Source: an uncultured delta proteobacterium (lineage in GTDB: Bacteria; Desulfobacterota; Binatia; UBA9968). Taken from it: DNA of 64,000 nucleotides. The stretch is from positions 224,001-288,000 of the forward strand of contig CAWDPO010000017.1 of the NCBI GenBank assembly GCA_963804165.1, in the 5' to 3' direction. The notes beneath the pieces were generated by a model that did no database searches, had not been told where the DNA came from, and saw only the letters and a list, made by a program, of their open reading frames with translations. Positions within the stretch are counted from its first letter, which is position 1. Each line of letters starts with the position of its first letter. The translations under genes and the position numbers were made by a program. Below are positions 20,187 to 30,470 of this stretch, in pieces.

Positions 20187-21694
20187 TTGGGCTCTCCGCT
20201 GCGGTTATCCTTCGCGGTCGCCGCGACCTTGCGCTGAAAGAGTTTCATAAAAGCTTCCTGCACTTTCTGGAGTTGGCTTTTTACGGTAAAAAGCAAGACG
20301 CCGTCGATGCACCGGAGAAAGACCTCTTGGCCGATTTTCAATTCTGTCTCGTCCTCGCCCTGGGCCATCACGAGGTGACCGTCCGGTGCCCTGATGAGCG
20401 CGAGCGCCAGCGGCGGCAGAAAACCGTCCGGCGTAACGTAGAGGATCGTGAAAGTTTCGATGATGCCTTCATCGATCTCACGCGCCGGCGCCGCGCGGAC
20501 TTTTTGATGGCTCGCTATTGGCGTGCCGTTCGGCGGCCACAGATTTTGCACGACTGGCGCGTCGGCGCGTTGCAAAACCGTGACGAAGTTATTGGCGGCC
20601 AGGCCGCCGATGCTCTGGGTTAGGCCGCGTTTGAATTCACGCTTCGAGACGCCGGCGCCGCGCAGCCTTTTGGCAACTTCGACCACCTGGGCGAGCCCGC
20701 TGGCGCCGACGGGATGACCGCGCGCTTTCAATCCGCCAGAGGGATTGATTGGCAACGTGCCGTCGATGGCGGTCTTGCCGTCGAGCACCGCTTCACCAGC
20801 TTTGCCAGCCGGAAAAAATCCCAGATCTTCACTGTCGATAATCTCGAAGGGTGTAAAAGCATCGTGAACTTCGGCAAAATCGATGCCTTGCGGCGAGGTC
20901 TCTGCCATCTGGTACGCGCGCACGGCGGCGATCTTGGTGGCGGGAAACGAAGTAAAGATATCCCGGTCCTGGAGACCCAGCGGCCCTGTACCTTGCCCCA
21001 CGCCAGCTAAACGCACGTCGGTTGTTTCGCTGGTAAGAATGACGGCAGCTGCGCCGTCGGTGATCGGCGAGCAGTCATAAAGCCGCAACGGCGTCGCCAC
21101 GAACTTGCTGGCGAAGTAGGCCTCGCGCGTGATTGCGCGCTGAAACTGCGCCATCGGGTTGTGCGCGCCATTGGCATGGTTTTTCAGCGCCACGTGGCAC
21201 AGGATATTTTCTAGACGCGACTCGGAGATGCGAAATTTTTGCCGGTACTTTTCGGTAATCATTGCCGCCAGCGCGGGCATGGTCGCGCCGCATTGGCGTT
21301 CGCGCCTGTCGATGACTTCCGCCAGGATGCGCGTCGTCGCGCTGGTGCTGAGGTGTGTCATTTTTTCCCCAGCCAGCACGAGGACGCGCCGATAATAGCC
21401 CGACGCGATAGCTTGAAATCCCGCCATCAGCGCGGCGGCGCCGGCGGATGACGCGGTTTCGATGCGAACGGCGGGGACACCGCTTAATCCGATCGCGCCG
21501 GCGATCAGCGATGCAACGTTACTGTCGCCGGTGAATTCCTCGGGATTCATTGCGCCAATGTATAACGCATCGATCTCCTGGGGTTCGCCTTCGCCAAGGG
21601 CGCTGCGTGCCGCTTCGCGAAAAATCTCGGACAGTGTTCGGGGGTCCTTACCGAACTTGGTCATGGCGACGCCATCGACGTAAACGGACTGCAT
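20183..21694 (-). CDS. SCP2-type thiolase-fold protein lacking the catalytic Cys, fused to a C-terminal DUF35-like OB-fold
   Basis: MTKFGK, ETASSAG, EVHDAF, NPSGGLKARGHPVGASG; tail GIIETFTILYV..PLALALI..LKIGQEV. Confidence 0.85.
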   Translation of the reverse strand: MQSVYVDGVAMTKFGKDPRTLSEIFREAARSALGEGEPQEIDALYIGAMNPEEFTGDSNVASLIAGAIGLSGVPAVRIETASSAGAAALMAGFQAIASGYYRRVLVLAGEKMTHLSTSATTRILAEVIDRRERQCGATMPALAAMITEKYRQKFRISESRLENILCHVALKNHANGAHNPMAQFQRAITREAYFASKFVATPLRLYDCSPITDGAAAVILTSETTDVRLAGVGQGTGPLGLQDRDIFTSFPATKIAAVRAYQMAETSPQGIDFAEVHDAFTPFEIIDSEDLGFFPAGKAGEAVLDGKTAIDGTLPINPSGGLKARGHPVGASGLAQVVEVAKRLRGAGVSKREFKRGLTQSIGGLAANNFVTVLQRADAPVVQNLWPPNGTPIASHQKVRAAPAREIDEGIIETFTILYVTPDGFLPPLALALIRAPDGHLVMAQGEDETELKIGQEVFLRCIDGVLLFTVKSQLQKVQEAFMKLFQRKVAATAKDNRSGEPK

Positions 21695-22101
21695 AGATGC
21701 ATCAATTTTAACCTTCAACCCCGATCATTCCAAGACGACAAAATTACCGCGCTGGATCCGACCGGAGAACAAGGACGAAAATCAAAACAATTATTCGAGA
21801 GGGCCAATCGATCGGCGCACGAATGTCGGAAGGGCAATTATGAAGTTTGGGTTACATTAAGCACGCGGTTAGGATAGACCAGGACTCGATCACGGCTCAA
21901 TTGGCGATGGTCTTTGCGGCCGACAGAATTAACGCTCCAAATCCGGATTGGAGGTTTCCGGTTTCTTCGAAAAGTTGAGCGCCGCGCATGGCGCGATTGA
22001 GCCGGTCATAAGCCGTGGGGCGATCTCCGGCTTGACGAAATTTCCAACGCTGTGACATAAACGGAATAAGGTCACGCCGGAGACGGTTCGGAGGTAACAT
22101 T

Positions 22102-23142
22102 ATGCGCTTCATTGAGAAATCGAGTTTGGTGTTTTCGTTCTTTGTTGGAAGTTATTTTTTGCACGTAGCTCCTGGGTTTTCTCAAGCGCCTTATTACGCC
22201 GGGAAAACCATCACGATCGTGCGGGGGGGCGGTGCCGGCGGGTCCGGGGAGTTTCAGTCGCGTGCCCTGATGCCTTACTTGAAGAAATACATTCCCGGCA
22301 ATCCGACGATCATGATGGAGTTTATCGACGGCGCTTCGGGCCGGAAGGGCGCGAATTATATGTACACGGCTAAACCTGACGGACTTAAAATCGGCTCGGC
22401 CGGCGCCATGATTCCTGGGCCGATACTCGGTCTTCCCGGCAGCAACTACGACATCGATAAGTTCATTTACATCGGCTCGACGGAAACCGGCAACCCCTAC
22501 GCTTTCTTCACGCGCAAAGCGGCGGGATTGGACACCCTCGAAAAAGTCCGACGCACGCCCGGTATCCGGATCGGCGCTCACTCCGTCGGCCATTCCGTCT
22601 ACGTAACCGCGCGTATGTTCGCGTACATGTTCGATTTCAAGGAGCCCAAGTTCGTCGTCGGCTTCAATGATCCGGAGATGGACGTCGCGCTCAATAACGG
22701 CGAGCTCGACGGGCGGACGAGCGGCAACATCGACAGCGTGCTAAAAGATTTGGGCGGGCAAGTGCAGTTTCACGCGACTATTTCAAATCCCAAAGGCAGG
22801 TTCGATCCGCGTCTGCCGGGTCTTCCGGATATCGACTCCTACGCCAAGAACGACAAGGAGCGCAAAATCGTCGATCTCTTACGCGCGTTCCAAGTGCCGC
22901 GCTGGCCGCACCATCTTCCGCCGGCGACGCCGCCTGAGCTGGTGATGATCCTCCGCGAAGCGATGGCGAAGACCTTCAAAGATCCCGGCTTTCAGCAGGA
23001 TTTCAAGAAACTCATGGGACGGGAACCGACGCCGCTCACGGGCGAAGAAGTAGAGAAGGCGATCCGAGACCTGCCGCGCGACCCCGAGGTCATCGCCCTC
23101 TACAAGAAACTCGCGGATGGCGGTCCGCTGCCGCCGCGTTAG
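22102..23142 (+). CDS. TctC/Bug substrate-binding protein
   Basis: YYAGKTITIV, IPGNP, KPDGL, PPATP. Confidence 0.85.
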   Translation: MRFIEKSSLVFSFFVGSYFLHVAPGFSQAPYYAGKTITIVRGGGAGGSGEFQSRALMPYLKKYIPGNPTIMMEFIDGASGRKGANYMYTAKPDGLKIGSAGAMIPGPILGLPGSNYDIDKFIYIGSTETGNPYAFFTRKAAGLDTLEKVRRTPGIRIGAHSVGHSVYVTARMFAYMFDFKEPKFVVGFNDPEMDVALNNGELDGRTSGNIDSVLKDLGGQVQFHATISNPKGRFDPRLPGLPDIDSYAKNDKERKIVDLLRAFQVPRWPHHLPPATPPELVMILREAMAKTFKDPGFQQDFKKLMGREPTPLTGEEVEKAIRDLPRDPEVIALYKKLADGGPLPPR

Positions 23143-23330
23143 ACACCACGACTTCAAGACCCGGTGCAAAAACTACGTACCAGGTTTGACCGGCTCAGCG
23201 GGAACGGAGGAGAGCTCAACAAGCTGCGTTGTTTGTTGAAAATTGGCCGGCCGGTTGCCGAAGACTTGCAATATCACGAAGTGACTTCGGTGTGTGAGCC
23301 GCTGGCTAATTCAAACTACCCCCGACGCGG

Positions 23331-23582
23331 TTAGATACGGTTGGGCTGCATTGAGCTGAGTCGATTATCGATGCGTGCGCACGCAAATCGACGCAGGTAG
23401 TCTTCAGCTTCCACTGCGGTTACAAAGCTCCGCTGGCTGGCAAATTCGAAATTATGCCCGTCAGTAAAGTCGATATGACCTTTCCATGTCCAAGCGTATG
23501 TGTCCCGGTCTTTGCGAAGTTCCCCGACGAAGGTCTGGTTACGGTGAGAATCGGTGATGCGATAGCGTGATCGATCTTCCAT
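23331..23582 (-). CDS. small hypothetical protein
   Basis: 83-aa ORF with protein-like composition (WTWKGHIDF...EAEDYLRRFA). Confidence 0.55.
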   Translation of the reverse strand: MEDRSRYRITDSHRNQTFVGELRKDRDTYAWTWKGHIDFTDGHNFEFASQRSFVTAVEAEDYLRRFACARIDNRLSSMQPNRI

Positions 23583-23759
23583 ACTTGTTTTCATGCTTTT
23601 CACTGTAGTGCTTGGGGAGCGCCATAGCAAACGTTATTTTACACAGCCAATCATCGAGGCCGAGAAACGAAGCATCAGGCGTCCCACTCTAATGGGATTT
23701 TAAAGCGATTCGTTGGCTAGCGTGCGGGAAATTGTTGAGTTTTCGGTCGGCAAAGCGGG

Positions 23760-24488
23760 CTATGATCGAGGGCTCGCCTTGCCACCATCGTGAAGTTCTT
23801 CGTTGACGTAAGGTTTCCAGCCTGTCGTCCAATCCAGATATTCGAGGCCGGCAAACCGCTTTTTGTAATCGTATGTGAACGGCTCCCGGTACGCATAGCC
23901 CGGATAGTAATAGCGGAAACAGCGTTCGCGTGAGTACTTAATCGAGCACAGCATCATGAATATACCGACGCTTCGTTTCGCGTCTTCGGGATCGAAGATG
24001 GCGTAGACCGCCGACGTTGCGCGCTCGCCAACATCGAGAAAAGTTGCCCCGAGAAGCCTATCGCCCAGGTAAACGCAGAGCTCAAGATTGGGACATGGCA
24101 CCTCCGAGGGATTGGGCGAAAGGAAGTCCAAAAGCGAGGAAGGAACATTCTCATCGAAGCGGAACCGGTGTTTCGCGAACAGAAGCTCTTTCTGGTCATC
24201 GATAAACGATGGCCGGAGCACCACCTCGGTGTCGCGATTCTTCGCTAACACGCGCTTTTGGCTTCGCGTTAACGCGAAGCGCTGCAGATCGACGCGCAAG
24301 GGCAAAACTGTGAATCGTCTCCCGCGATGCACCGACGTCCGGTAGCGCACGAAGATGACGCCGAAGTGGCGCCAACCTTCCGCCCAAATTGCATCCATCT
24401 TCGCCGGCGAAGCTTTTACGCACAAAAAGTGTTCGTCATTTTCGGTGGCGGTCATTGGGCTGTACTGGTGGCGATAGGCGAAATCCAA
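23760..24488 (-). CDS. arginyl-tRNA-protein transferase (ATE/Bpt)-like protein
   Basis: WAEGWRHFG, LTRSQKRVLAKN, SAVYAIFDP, YYYPGY..YK. Confidence 0.85.
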   Translation of the reverse strand: MDFAYRHQYSPMTATENDEHFLCVKASPAKMDAIWAEGWRHFGVIFVRYRTSVHRGRRFTVLPLRVDLQRFALTRSQKRVLAKNRDTEVVLRPSFIDDQKELLFAKHRFRFDENVPSSLLDFLSPNPSEVPCPNLELCVYLGDRLLGATFLDVGERATSAVYAIFDPEDAKRSVGIFMMLCSIKYSRERCFRYYYPGYAYREPFTYDYKKRFAGLEYLDWTTGWKPYVNEELHDGGKASPRS

Positions 24489-24500
24489 TTCAATATTGGG

Positions 24501-24863
24501 TTATCCGGTCCGCGCGGATGTTCCGGCGATCTTAGATCGAACATAACCGCCGAGCGCCGCGGCCACAACGTAGACAAGTCCGTATACCAGCAAGAATACC
24601 ACACCAAGCAAAAACAACGGTCCGACATGAAGGACGATCAGCTCAAAACCGGTCTGGCCGATGAGGGCTCCGACGTAGTGTGCCCACAACGGCTTTGGAC
24701 TTACGGTTCCCGCGAGCACGCCGGCGACGAATAATGCAGCGACGTAGAAATTTCCGTCGGTGTCCCATGGTTCCCGCAAACCGATGAGAAGCGGCGAGAG
24801 CGCCCAGATCGATGCGCTCGCGATCACCGAAACTAGAACGGTCATCGCGGCGCGTTGTTTCAT
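24501..24863 (-). CDS. small integral membrane protein
   Basis: Four hydrophobic segments; EPWD motif; ATGA overlap with the upstream gene. Confidence 0.7.
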   Translation of the reverse strand: MKQRAAMTVLVSVIASASIWALSPLLIGLREPWDTDGNFYVAALFVAGVLAGTVSPKPLWAHYVGALIGQTGFELIVLHVGPLFLLGVVFLLVYGLVYVVAAALGGYVRSKIAGTSARTG

Positions 24864-25738
24864 ACGGTGTGGCCAGCACCCGTATTGAAATCCGGCGCGT
24901 CCCGCGGACTGTCGAGCACGCTCCGCAACGGTTCGAACAGCTCGCCCCTAAATAGACTTCTCAACTCTACCCGGCCCAAGTGCGGCGCAGCGCGTTCGTA
25001 ACGGCTTTCACGACTGTAATCTGCCGACTGGCCAAATCGGGTCAGCAGATAATTTGCCAAATCGATTCTCGAGATCGCGCGGCTTGCCGCGACATGCCGG
25101 ATGCCGTTTTCGGCGCTGATTGCCAACCGCATGACGCGCAGCGCGAGATCGCTCGCCCAGACCGCCGAGCGATATTCATCGTGGACGATGGTGACCGGCA
25201 GGTTGCGCTGGATGCGATAGCGCAGCCAGTCCCAGTGTCCAGTGCGGCCGTTGGGCGATGGACCGATCGGCAGGCCCACGCGAATGACCAACGACGCCGG
25301 TCGAGTCAACACCAATTTTTCCGCCTCCAGGCGAGTTCGGCCGTAAACGCTGATGGGACAAGGCGGCGATTCTTCGTCGTAGACGCCGTCGCCGCCGAAG
25401 ACATGATCGGAAGAAACGTAGACGAGCCTCGTTCGAGAGGGCAATGCGGCAAGAACCCGGCGCACATGTTCAACATTGATTTCGCGGGCCCAATCCGGAG
25501 CTGCTTCGCACTTGGGCACGTCGCAGACGGCGTGACAGTAGAGCAGGATGTCGGGTTGGCAGTTTTTGAAAAGCGCCCGGGTCCAAACCGGATCCTCGAG
25601 CTTCAGAACGGGCCAGTGCCGAACCGAGCTTGCACGATTTCCCGGCGATACGAACGGTAAAACAGTTTCAGGAAACAGCCTGGCGATATTGAAGCCGAGG
25701 ATCGAGGTCGCGCCAAAGAGCAAAGTTGATGTGGACAT
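24860..25738 (-). CDS. RmlD-like (dTDP-4-dehydrorhamnose reductase family) extended SDR
   Basis: LVYVSSDHVFGG, YDEESPPCPISVYGRTR, SLVIR, DEYRS. Confidence 0.8.
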   Translation of the reverse strand: MSTSTLLFGATSILGFNIARLFPETVLPFVSPGNRASSVRHWPVLKLEDPVWTRALFKNCQPDILLYCHAVCDVPKCEAAPDWAREINVEHVRRVLAALPSRTRLVYVSSDHVFGGDGVYDEESPPCPISVYGRTRLEAEKLVLTRPASLVIRVGLPIGPSPNGRTGHWDWLRYRIQRNLPVTIVHDEYRSAVWASDLALRVMRLAISAENGIRHVAASRAISRIDLANYLLTRFGQSADYSRESRYERAAPHLGRVELRSLFRGELFEPLRSVLDSPRDAPDFNTGAGHTV

Positions 25739-25842
25739 CGATTCTCGGCGGCCCAGCGCGGCTTCTTTTTGGCGGCGTTATACGCGTGAGGATGATTCGT
25801 TGAAGGTCGAGTCTACTTGATTTCAGCGGCTTGCGCAGCGTC

Positions 25843-26082
25843 TCAGGGATGACCGTTGCTGCCATGGAGGCGGGCTCGGCCAAGAGGCGTAAGAGTCACT
25901 TCGGGATCTGAAACTGTGCCCTGACGGTTGAGTTCAATATAGCCGTCGATCATCGCGTCTTCCCAGATGGTCTGTCTCGGGCAATGGCTCTGCCACGCTT
26001 CCATGGCTTCGTTGTACGTTCGGCGACGGCTGGAGACCCAGGAAAGAAACTCCAACATCAACAGATTGGCGGATTCGGCCAT
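25843..26082 (-). CDS. small conserved hypothetical protein (RTYxEAMEAWxSxCPRxTIWEDA type)
   Basis: GAGG RBS; recognisable motif; wHTH-like C-terminal VTLTPLGR. Confidence 0.7.
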   Translation of the reverse strand: MAESANLLMLEFLSWVSSRRRTYNEAMEAWQSHCPRQTIWEDAMIDGYIELNRQGTVSDPEVTLTPLGRARLHGSNGHP

Positions 26083-26218
26083 GATCTACCTCGCACGCGA
26101 AATGCTCGATCCGATTCGTCACGCAGTGTAACACGAACTTCTCCGACAAAAAAAGCAAGCCGTGGTGGCGATTCAGGCGGCCTTTTCCCGCGGAGCCGAT
26201 CGAACGCCGCGCCGAATA

Positions 26219-26734
26219 TCATAAGTTGTCAAAAGCGGCGAGATACTTGACCGTGCCCGTCGCACCGCGAAGGTAGCCGGGTCGTAACTCCATCAGCATA
26301 AACGCCTCGGCCGGCACATCGTATTCGCAGCGCATGGCGAAATTGACTGCCGGGACAAATCCGAAACGGGGGTAGTAGGCGGGATGACCTAGCACGACAA
26401 CAGCGCCGGCGCCGATTTGTATGCACCCGTCAAGGCCGGCGCGAACGAGCAGGGTGCCGATACCGCTGCGCCGCCGCGGTGCAGCGACGGCCATCGGTGC
26501 GAGTCCCATGATCCTGAGATCGGGATGGTCGGTCAACACGACCGGCGAAAACATGATGTGGCCGACGATCTTACCGGCGTCGTCGGCGACGAGGGAAATT
26601 ACTAGCATCGGCTCGCAGCGCAACGTATCGACGAGATCAGCCTCGGTGGTTGTCTCGAAGGCCGCTACGTTCAGAGGATAGACCGCAGCCCAGTCCCGCT
26701 CTTCCTCGGCGCGGATAAGCATCTTGCCTTCCAC
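26219..26734 (-). CDS. GNAT N-acetyltransferase (YhbS-like)
   Basis: IVGHIMFSPV, LAPMAV, GIGTLL, VLGHPAYYPRFGF. Confidence 0.9.
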   Translation of the reverse strand: MEGKMLIRAEEERDWAAVYPLNVAAFETTTEADLVDTLRCEPMLVISLVADDAGKIVGHIMFSPVVLTDHPDLRIMGLAPMAVAAPRRRSGIGTLLVRAGLDGCIQIGAGAVVVLGHPAYYPRFGFVPAVNFAMRCEYDVPAEAFMLMELRPGYLRGATGTVKYLAAFDNL

Positions 26735-27794
26735 CTAAGCTTGGCCGGGCAGCAAGGAATCGGCGGAGAGACTTCGACAAGCCAACATGCGCGGCTAATT
26801 TCTCGGTTCGAAAGTGAGTTGGCTCGACTACTTCCCGTACAACCTCGCGATGAAGCCGCTCTTGTCGATTTCTTCGATCAAGCTTCCGTCCATGACATCT
26901 TTCGCCAAAGTCACTTTCGACTTGGAGGTTTTGACGGAATCCAAAACGGCTTGGACTCCTTTGGTTTCGGGGGAGGGGCGTTCGCGCATCGCCGCGGCAA
27001 TTCGGGGGTAGCTATATTCGGCGCCTTTGACGCCTTCCGCTTTGAGAACGGTCAGGGCCAACTCCTTGTTGGTTTTGAAGACGTAGACGCCCTCGATCAA
27101 TCCCTCGGCGAATTTTAGCAATAGATCGCGTTTCGTTTTTAGAAGTTGCGTCGGTACGACTTGGCCGAAGCGGGCGTAGTCGATCGGCATCTCCAACATG
27201 TCGACGAGCACACGGCAGCAGCCGGATTCTAGAAGGCTTGGCACATCGTAAGTGCCGAGCAGCGTGCCGTCGAGCTGTCCGGCGACCATGGCTGGAAGGC
27301 GGGTCGTGCCGGCGGCCTGGATTATCTTCACGTCTTTATCGGGATCGAGCTTGAAATGGCGAAGTAGCATCCTTGTGGTCACGTCAGACGACGAGCCGAA
27401 GCGGCTGATCGCGAGCCTTTTACCTTTTAACTCATCGGCAGATTTGATTTCATTACGCACGACAAAGGCGAACGGAAAACGATTGATGTACACGCTGATC
27501 AGTTTGCCGTCCAGCGCGCCTGCCGATACCGCGTTCAACATTGCCGGAACGTCGGAATCGGCGATATCCAGATCGCCCCCGACCATCGCTTGGGCCATGG
27601 TGGCGCCGCTAGTGAAGTAGATGAGACGGACATCGAATCCGCGCTTTTTCCATATGCCGGCGCGGTCGATGATTTTGTGGAGATTCTTTGCGACGCCAGT
27701 GCCACTGTAGCCGACGCGGATGAGTTGCTGGGCGTTCGTAGGATTCGATCCCAGAGTCAGCACAGCCGCAATTGTGCTGAGAACAATCAACTTA

Positions 27795-28884
27795 TTAAGT
27801 TCTGTATAATATAGTGACATATTTAGATTATTGTGATAGTGTTCGGTGCATGGGAAATCCGATAGGAGTACGACGAGATTTTGATGTACTGGAACAGCGG
27901 CGATTGGAGGCAGCTCGTCTGCTTCGCGCTGGGGTTTCGCAATCCGAAGTGGCGCGGCAAGTGCGAGTACACCGCCAGTCGGTAAGTCGCTGGGACAAAG
28001 AACTCAAGGAGTCGGGAATCCGGGGGCTCAAAAAAGCCGGCCGTGCAGGGAGAAAACCCTTACTGAGCACAGCAGACCTACGGCGCGTAGAGTCTAAGCT
28101 CAAGCAAGGAGCGCAGGCCAGAGGGTATACCACCGAGCTATGGACGACCTCCCGGGTGGCTGATCTGATCGAGCAGGAATGTGGGGTCAAATACCACCCG
28201 GCCCATGTGTGGCGGATCCTGCAAGAACTGGGTTGGAGCTGCCAGAAGCCAGCTAAACGGGCGTTGGAGCGTGATGAAGAAAAGATCGAGCGATGGAAGA
28301 AAAAGCGCTGGCCTAAGCTTAAAAAAAAGCGCAGAGGGAGAAGCGCACGATAGTGTTTATCGACGAGAGTGGATTGAGCGAGAGGCCGCACTGTTGTCGG
28401 ACTTGGTCGCCCAAAGGACAAACGCCTATTCTGCAGTATCATTTTAACTGGCAGCATCTGTCGGCCATGGCGGGGGTGACCTGGAGAAACTTTTATTTTC
28501 GCTTGTTTCCCGGTTCGGTTCGTAGCCCCCAGGTGGTGGAGTTCTTGAAACACTTGTTGCGCCACATCCGAGGCAAGGTGCTGGTCATCTGGGACGGGCT
28601 CAGAAGCCACAGGAGCCGGTTGGTCAACGATTTCGTCTTTGCACAACGCGGCCGGCTGCACATTGAGTTTCTTCCTGCTTATGCCCCTGAGCTCAACCCG
28701 GTAGAGTATCTTTGGGGTTACTGGAAACAACATGAGTTACCTAACTTCTGTCCAAAACACTTCTTCGAACTTACCTACCAAGCCCGACAAGCTCTGCGTC
28801 GAATGCGCCGTCGACCGACTCTCGTCACTGCGTTCTGGAAACAAGCTGAGCTGTTTTGATGTAACTATATTATGCAAAGGTCAA
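27795..28884 (+). mobile_element. IS630-family insertion sequence, copy 1 (1090 bp, TA duplication 27793-4/28885-6)
   Basis: Imperfect terminal IRs TTAAGTTCTGTATAATATAGTGACAT / ATGTAACTATATTATGCAAAGGTCAA; DDE motifs. Confidence 0.95.
27850..28859 (+). CDS. IS630 transposase (HTH orfA + DDE orfB joined by -1 frameshift at A8G 28321-28329)
   Basis: FIDESG, IWDG, LPAYAPELNPVE; orfB is in the -1 frame; A-AAA-AAG slippery site present in both copies. Confidence 0.9.
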
Positions 28885-28918
28885 TAGTTTTCTGCATGAC
28901 GGTTCCTCGCAGCTCGGA

Positions 28919-28986
28919 TGTCATTCTGAGGCGCAGCCGAAGAATCTCGACTTCGGGCGAGATCCCTCGCTTTGCTCGGGATGACA
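28919..28986. repeat. family C palindrome doublet (TGTCATTCTGAGG..GAAGAATCTC / GAGATCCCTCG..GGGATGACA)
   Basis: Inverted pair of GA-containing hairpins, same as 9486-9569 and 60121-60203. Confidence 0.8.
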
Positions 28987-29035
28987 GCGCGTTGCTTTTC
29001 GAGCGGCTGAATATCCTTCCCAAGTGCTTAAGGTG

Positions 29036-30445
29036 TTACGTAAAAAACCTGCCATACTTCTTCACCACCGTTTCTTTCATTTCGGCGCTTGAACCGGAGG
29101 CGAGCGGAAAATCTTTCATCCATTCGTAGGGCCGCGTGGCGTCGATGACGGCGCGGGTGCTGAAGCCTTTTTTGTCTTTCGGGATCACCGGGTCGAGGGG
29201 GCCACTCCAGGCGCGTCGGATAAAGTCCGTGTCGTTCGCCGGATCCGACCTCGTGCACATGGCCCATAGCACGTCGTTCATGTCGTAGGGGTCGATGTCG
29301 TCATCGACCACGACAATGTATCGTCCCAAATAAGCCCCGGCGCCGCACTGCGCAGCGATCATGCCGGCCTGCTTGGCATGTCCCGGGTAGCGTTGCTTGA
29401 TCGATACCGCTGTGAAAAATCGGCCCTGGAAACAAGCCACGCCTTTAACATCCGGCACACCGGCTTTTTCCATATGATCCCAAATGAACGCGGAGCGCAC
29501 CAGGTTGTCATCGGAACCGGCGGGAGGACGCGACGAGGGCGCGCCGGTCAAGATCGGATTGTTACGGTGCATCATGCGCTTCACTTTAATAATCGGTTCG
29601 GTGCGCTCGCCGCTGGCGTAGTAGCCGGTCCACTCGCCGTAGGGTCCTTCGCGTCGCTGTTGATCGGGCAAGCAGTCGCCTTCGATGGCGATTTCCGTAT
29701 AGGCTGAAATCGGCAAGCCGGTGTGTTTGCCGAGAATCACATCGACGGCTTGGCCGCGGAGGCCGCCGGCGTAGTCGTACTCTGATTTTCCCCACGGCAA
29801 ACTATTCGCCGCCGCAGTGAGCAGCAGCGGGTCGTCGCCGAAAGTTATGGCGACCGGGCATGGCCGGCCTTGATCGAAATACTTCTGGCGAATGATGCGG
29901 CCTTGCTTGCCGGGTGAAATATAGAGCGCCAGCGTGTCCTTGTCGTGCACCATGACGCGGTAGCAGCCGAGATTGACCCAGCCCTCGTCCATGTCGCGCG
30001 TGATGACGACATGAGCGGTGCCGATGTAGCGCCCGCCGTCTTCTTCATGCCAATGCGGCACCGGCAGCGAGTAAAGATCGATGTCCTTTCCTTCGACGAC
30101 ATTTTCCAGAACCGGTCCGCTGTCGACGACGCGCGGTGGAACGTAAGTCGGGTTGTTCAAGCGTTTGCGCCACGCCTGAATGAATTGGTAGCGGTCGTAA
30201 TGGAGCGGCAAGTGCGTCGTCAGACACTGGCGCTTGAGCGACTGATGATGCACGCCGACGAGCACGCGATGGCCCGGGGGATAGTCTTTGATCTTGTCGA
30301 AGAGAATCGCCGAGTAGGGCGGATTGCGCGCGTAGACTTCGGTCAGCGCGCCCATCTCGTATTTCCAGTCGCAACCTTCGACGGTCTTCAGCTCGCCGAA
30401 CTCGTCGACTTTTTCCATCCAACCGCGTAAATCGTTGTACAACAT
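29036..30445 (-). CDS. UbiD family (prFMN-dependent) decarboxylase
   Basis: YNDLRGW, DGGRYIGT, NLGCYR, EGPYGEWTGYY, VVVDDDIDP, VIDATRP. Confidence 0.93.
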   Translation of the reverse strand: MLYNDLRGWMEKVDEFGELKTVEGCDWKYEMGALTEVYARNPPYSAILFDKIKDYPPGHRVLVGVHHQSLKRQCLTTHLPLHYDRYQFIQAWRKRLNNPTYVPPRVVDSGPVLENVVEGKDIDLYSLPVPHWHEEDGGRYIGTAHVVITRDMDEGWVNLGCYRVMVHDKDTLALYISPGKQGRIIRQKYFDQGRPCPVAITFGDDPLLLTAAANSLPWGKSEYDYAGGLRGQAVDVILGKHTGLPISAYTEIAIEGDCLPDQQRREGPYGEWTGYYASGERTEPIIKVKRMMHRNNPILTGAPSSRPPAGSDDNLVRSAFIWDHMEKAGVPDVKGVACFQGRFFTAVSIKQRYPGHAKQAGMIAAQCGAGAYLGRYIVVVDDDIDPYDMNDVLWAMCTRSDPANDTDFIRRAWSGPLDPVIPKDKKGFSTRAVIDATRPYEWMKDFPLASGSSAEMKETVVKKYGRFFT

Positions 30446-30470
30446 TTCAACTTCCTTTCTGAAAAATTTT

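Larger units (their letters stand above)
26828..28897 (-). pseudogene. NMT1/SsuA-type SBP interrupted by IS630 at codon 4/5 (native ATG 28897; IS-derived in-frame ATG at 27820)
   Basis: Removing the IS and one TA gives MQKTKLIVLSTIAAVLTLGSNPTNAQQLIRVGYSG with a GAGG RBS; the body 26828-27792 is intact. Confidence 0.8.

Noticed and set aside
21897-22112. 71-aa ORF possibly resembling a methyltransferase C-terminus
   Set aside because: The similarity is only impressionistic and the ORF overlaps the TctC start; not supportable without a search
27828-28733. 301-aa antisense ORF inside IS630 (also 37060-37965)
   Set aside because: Shadow of the transposase with no recognisable motifs; identity between copies gives no evidence of selection
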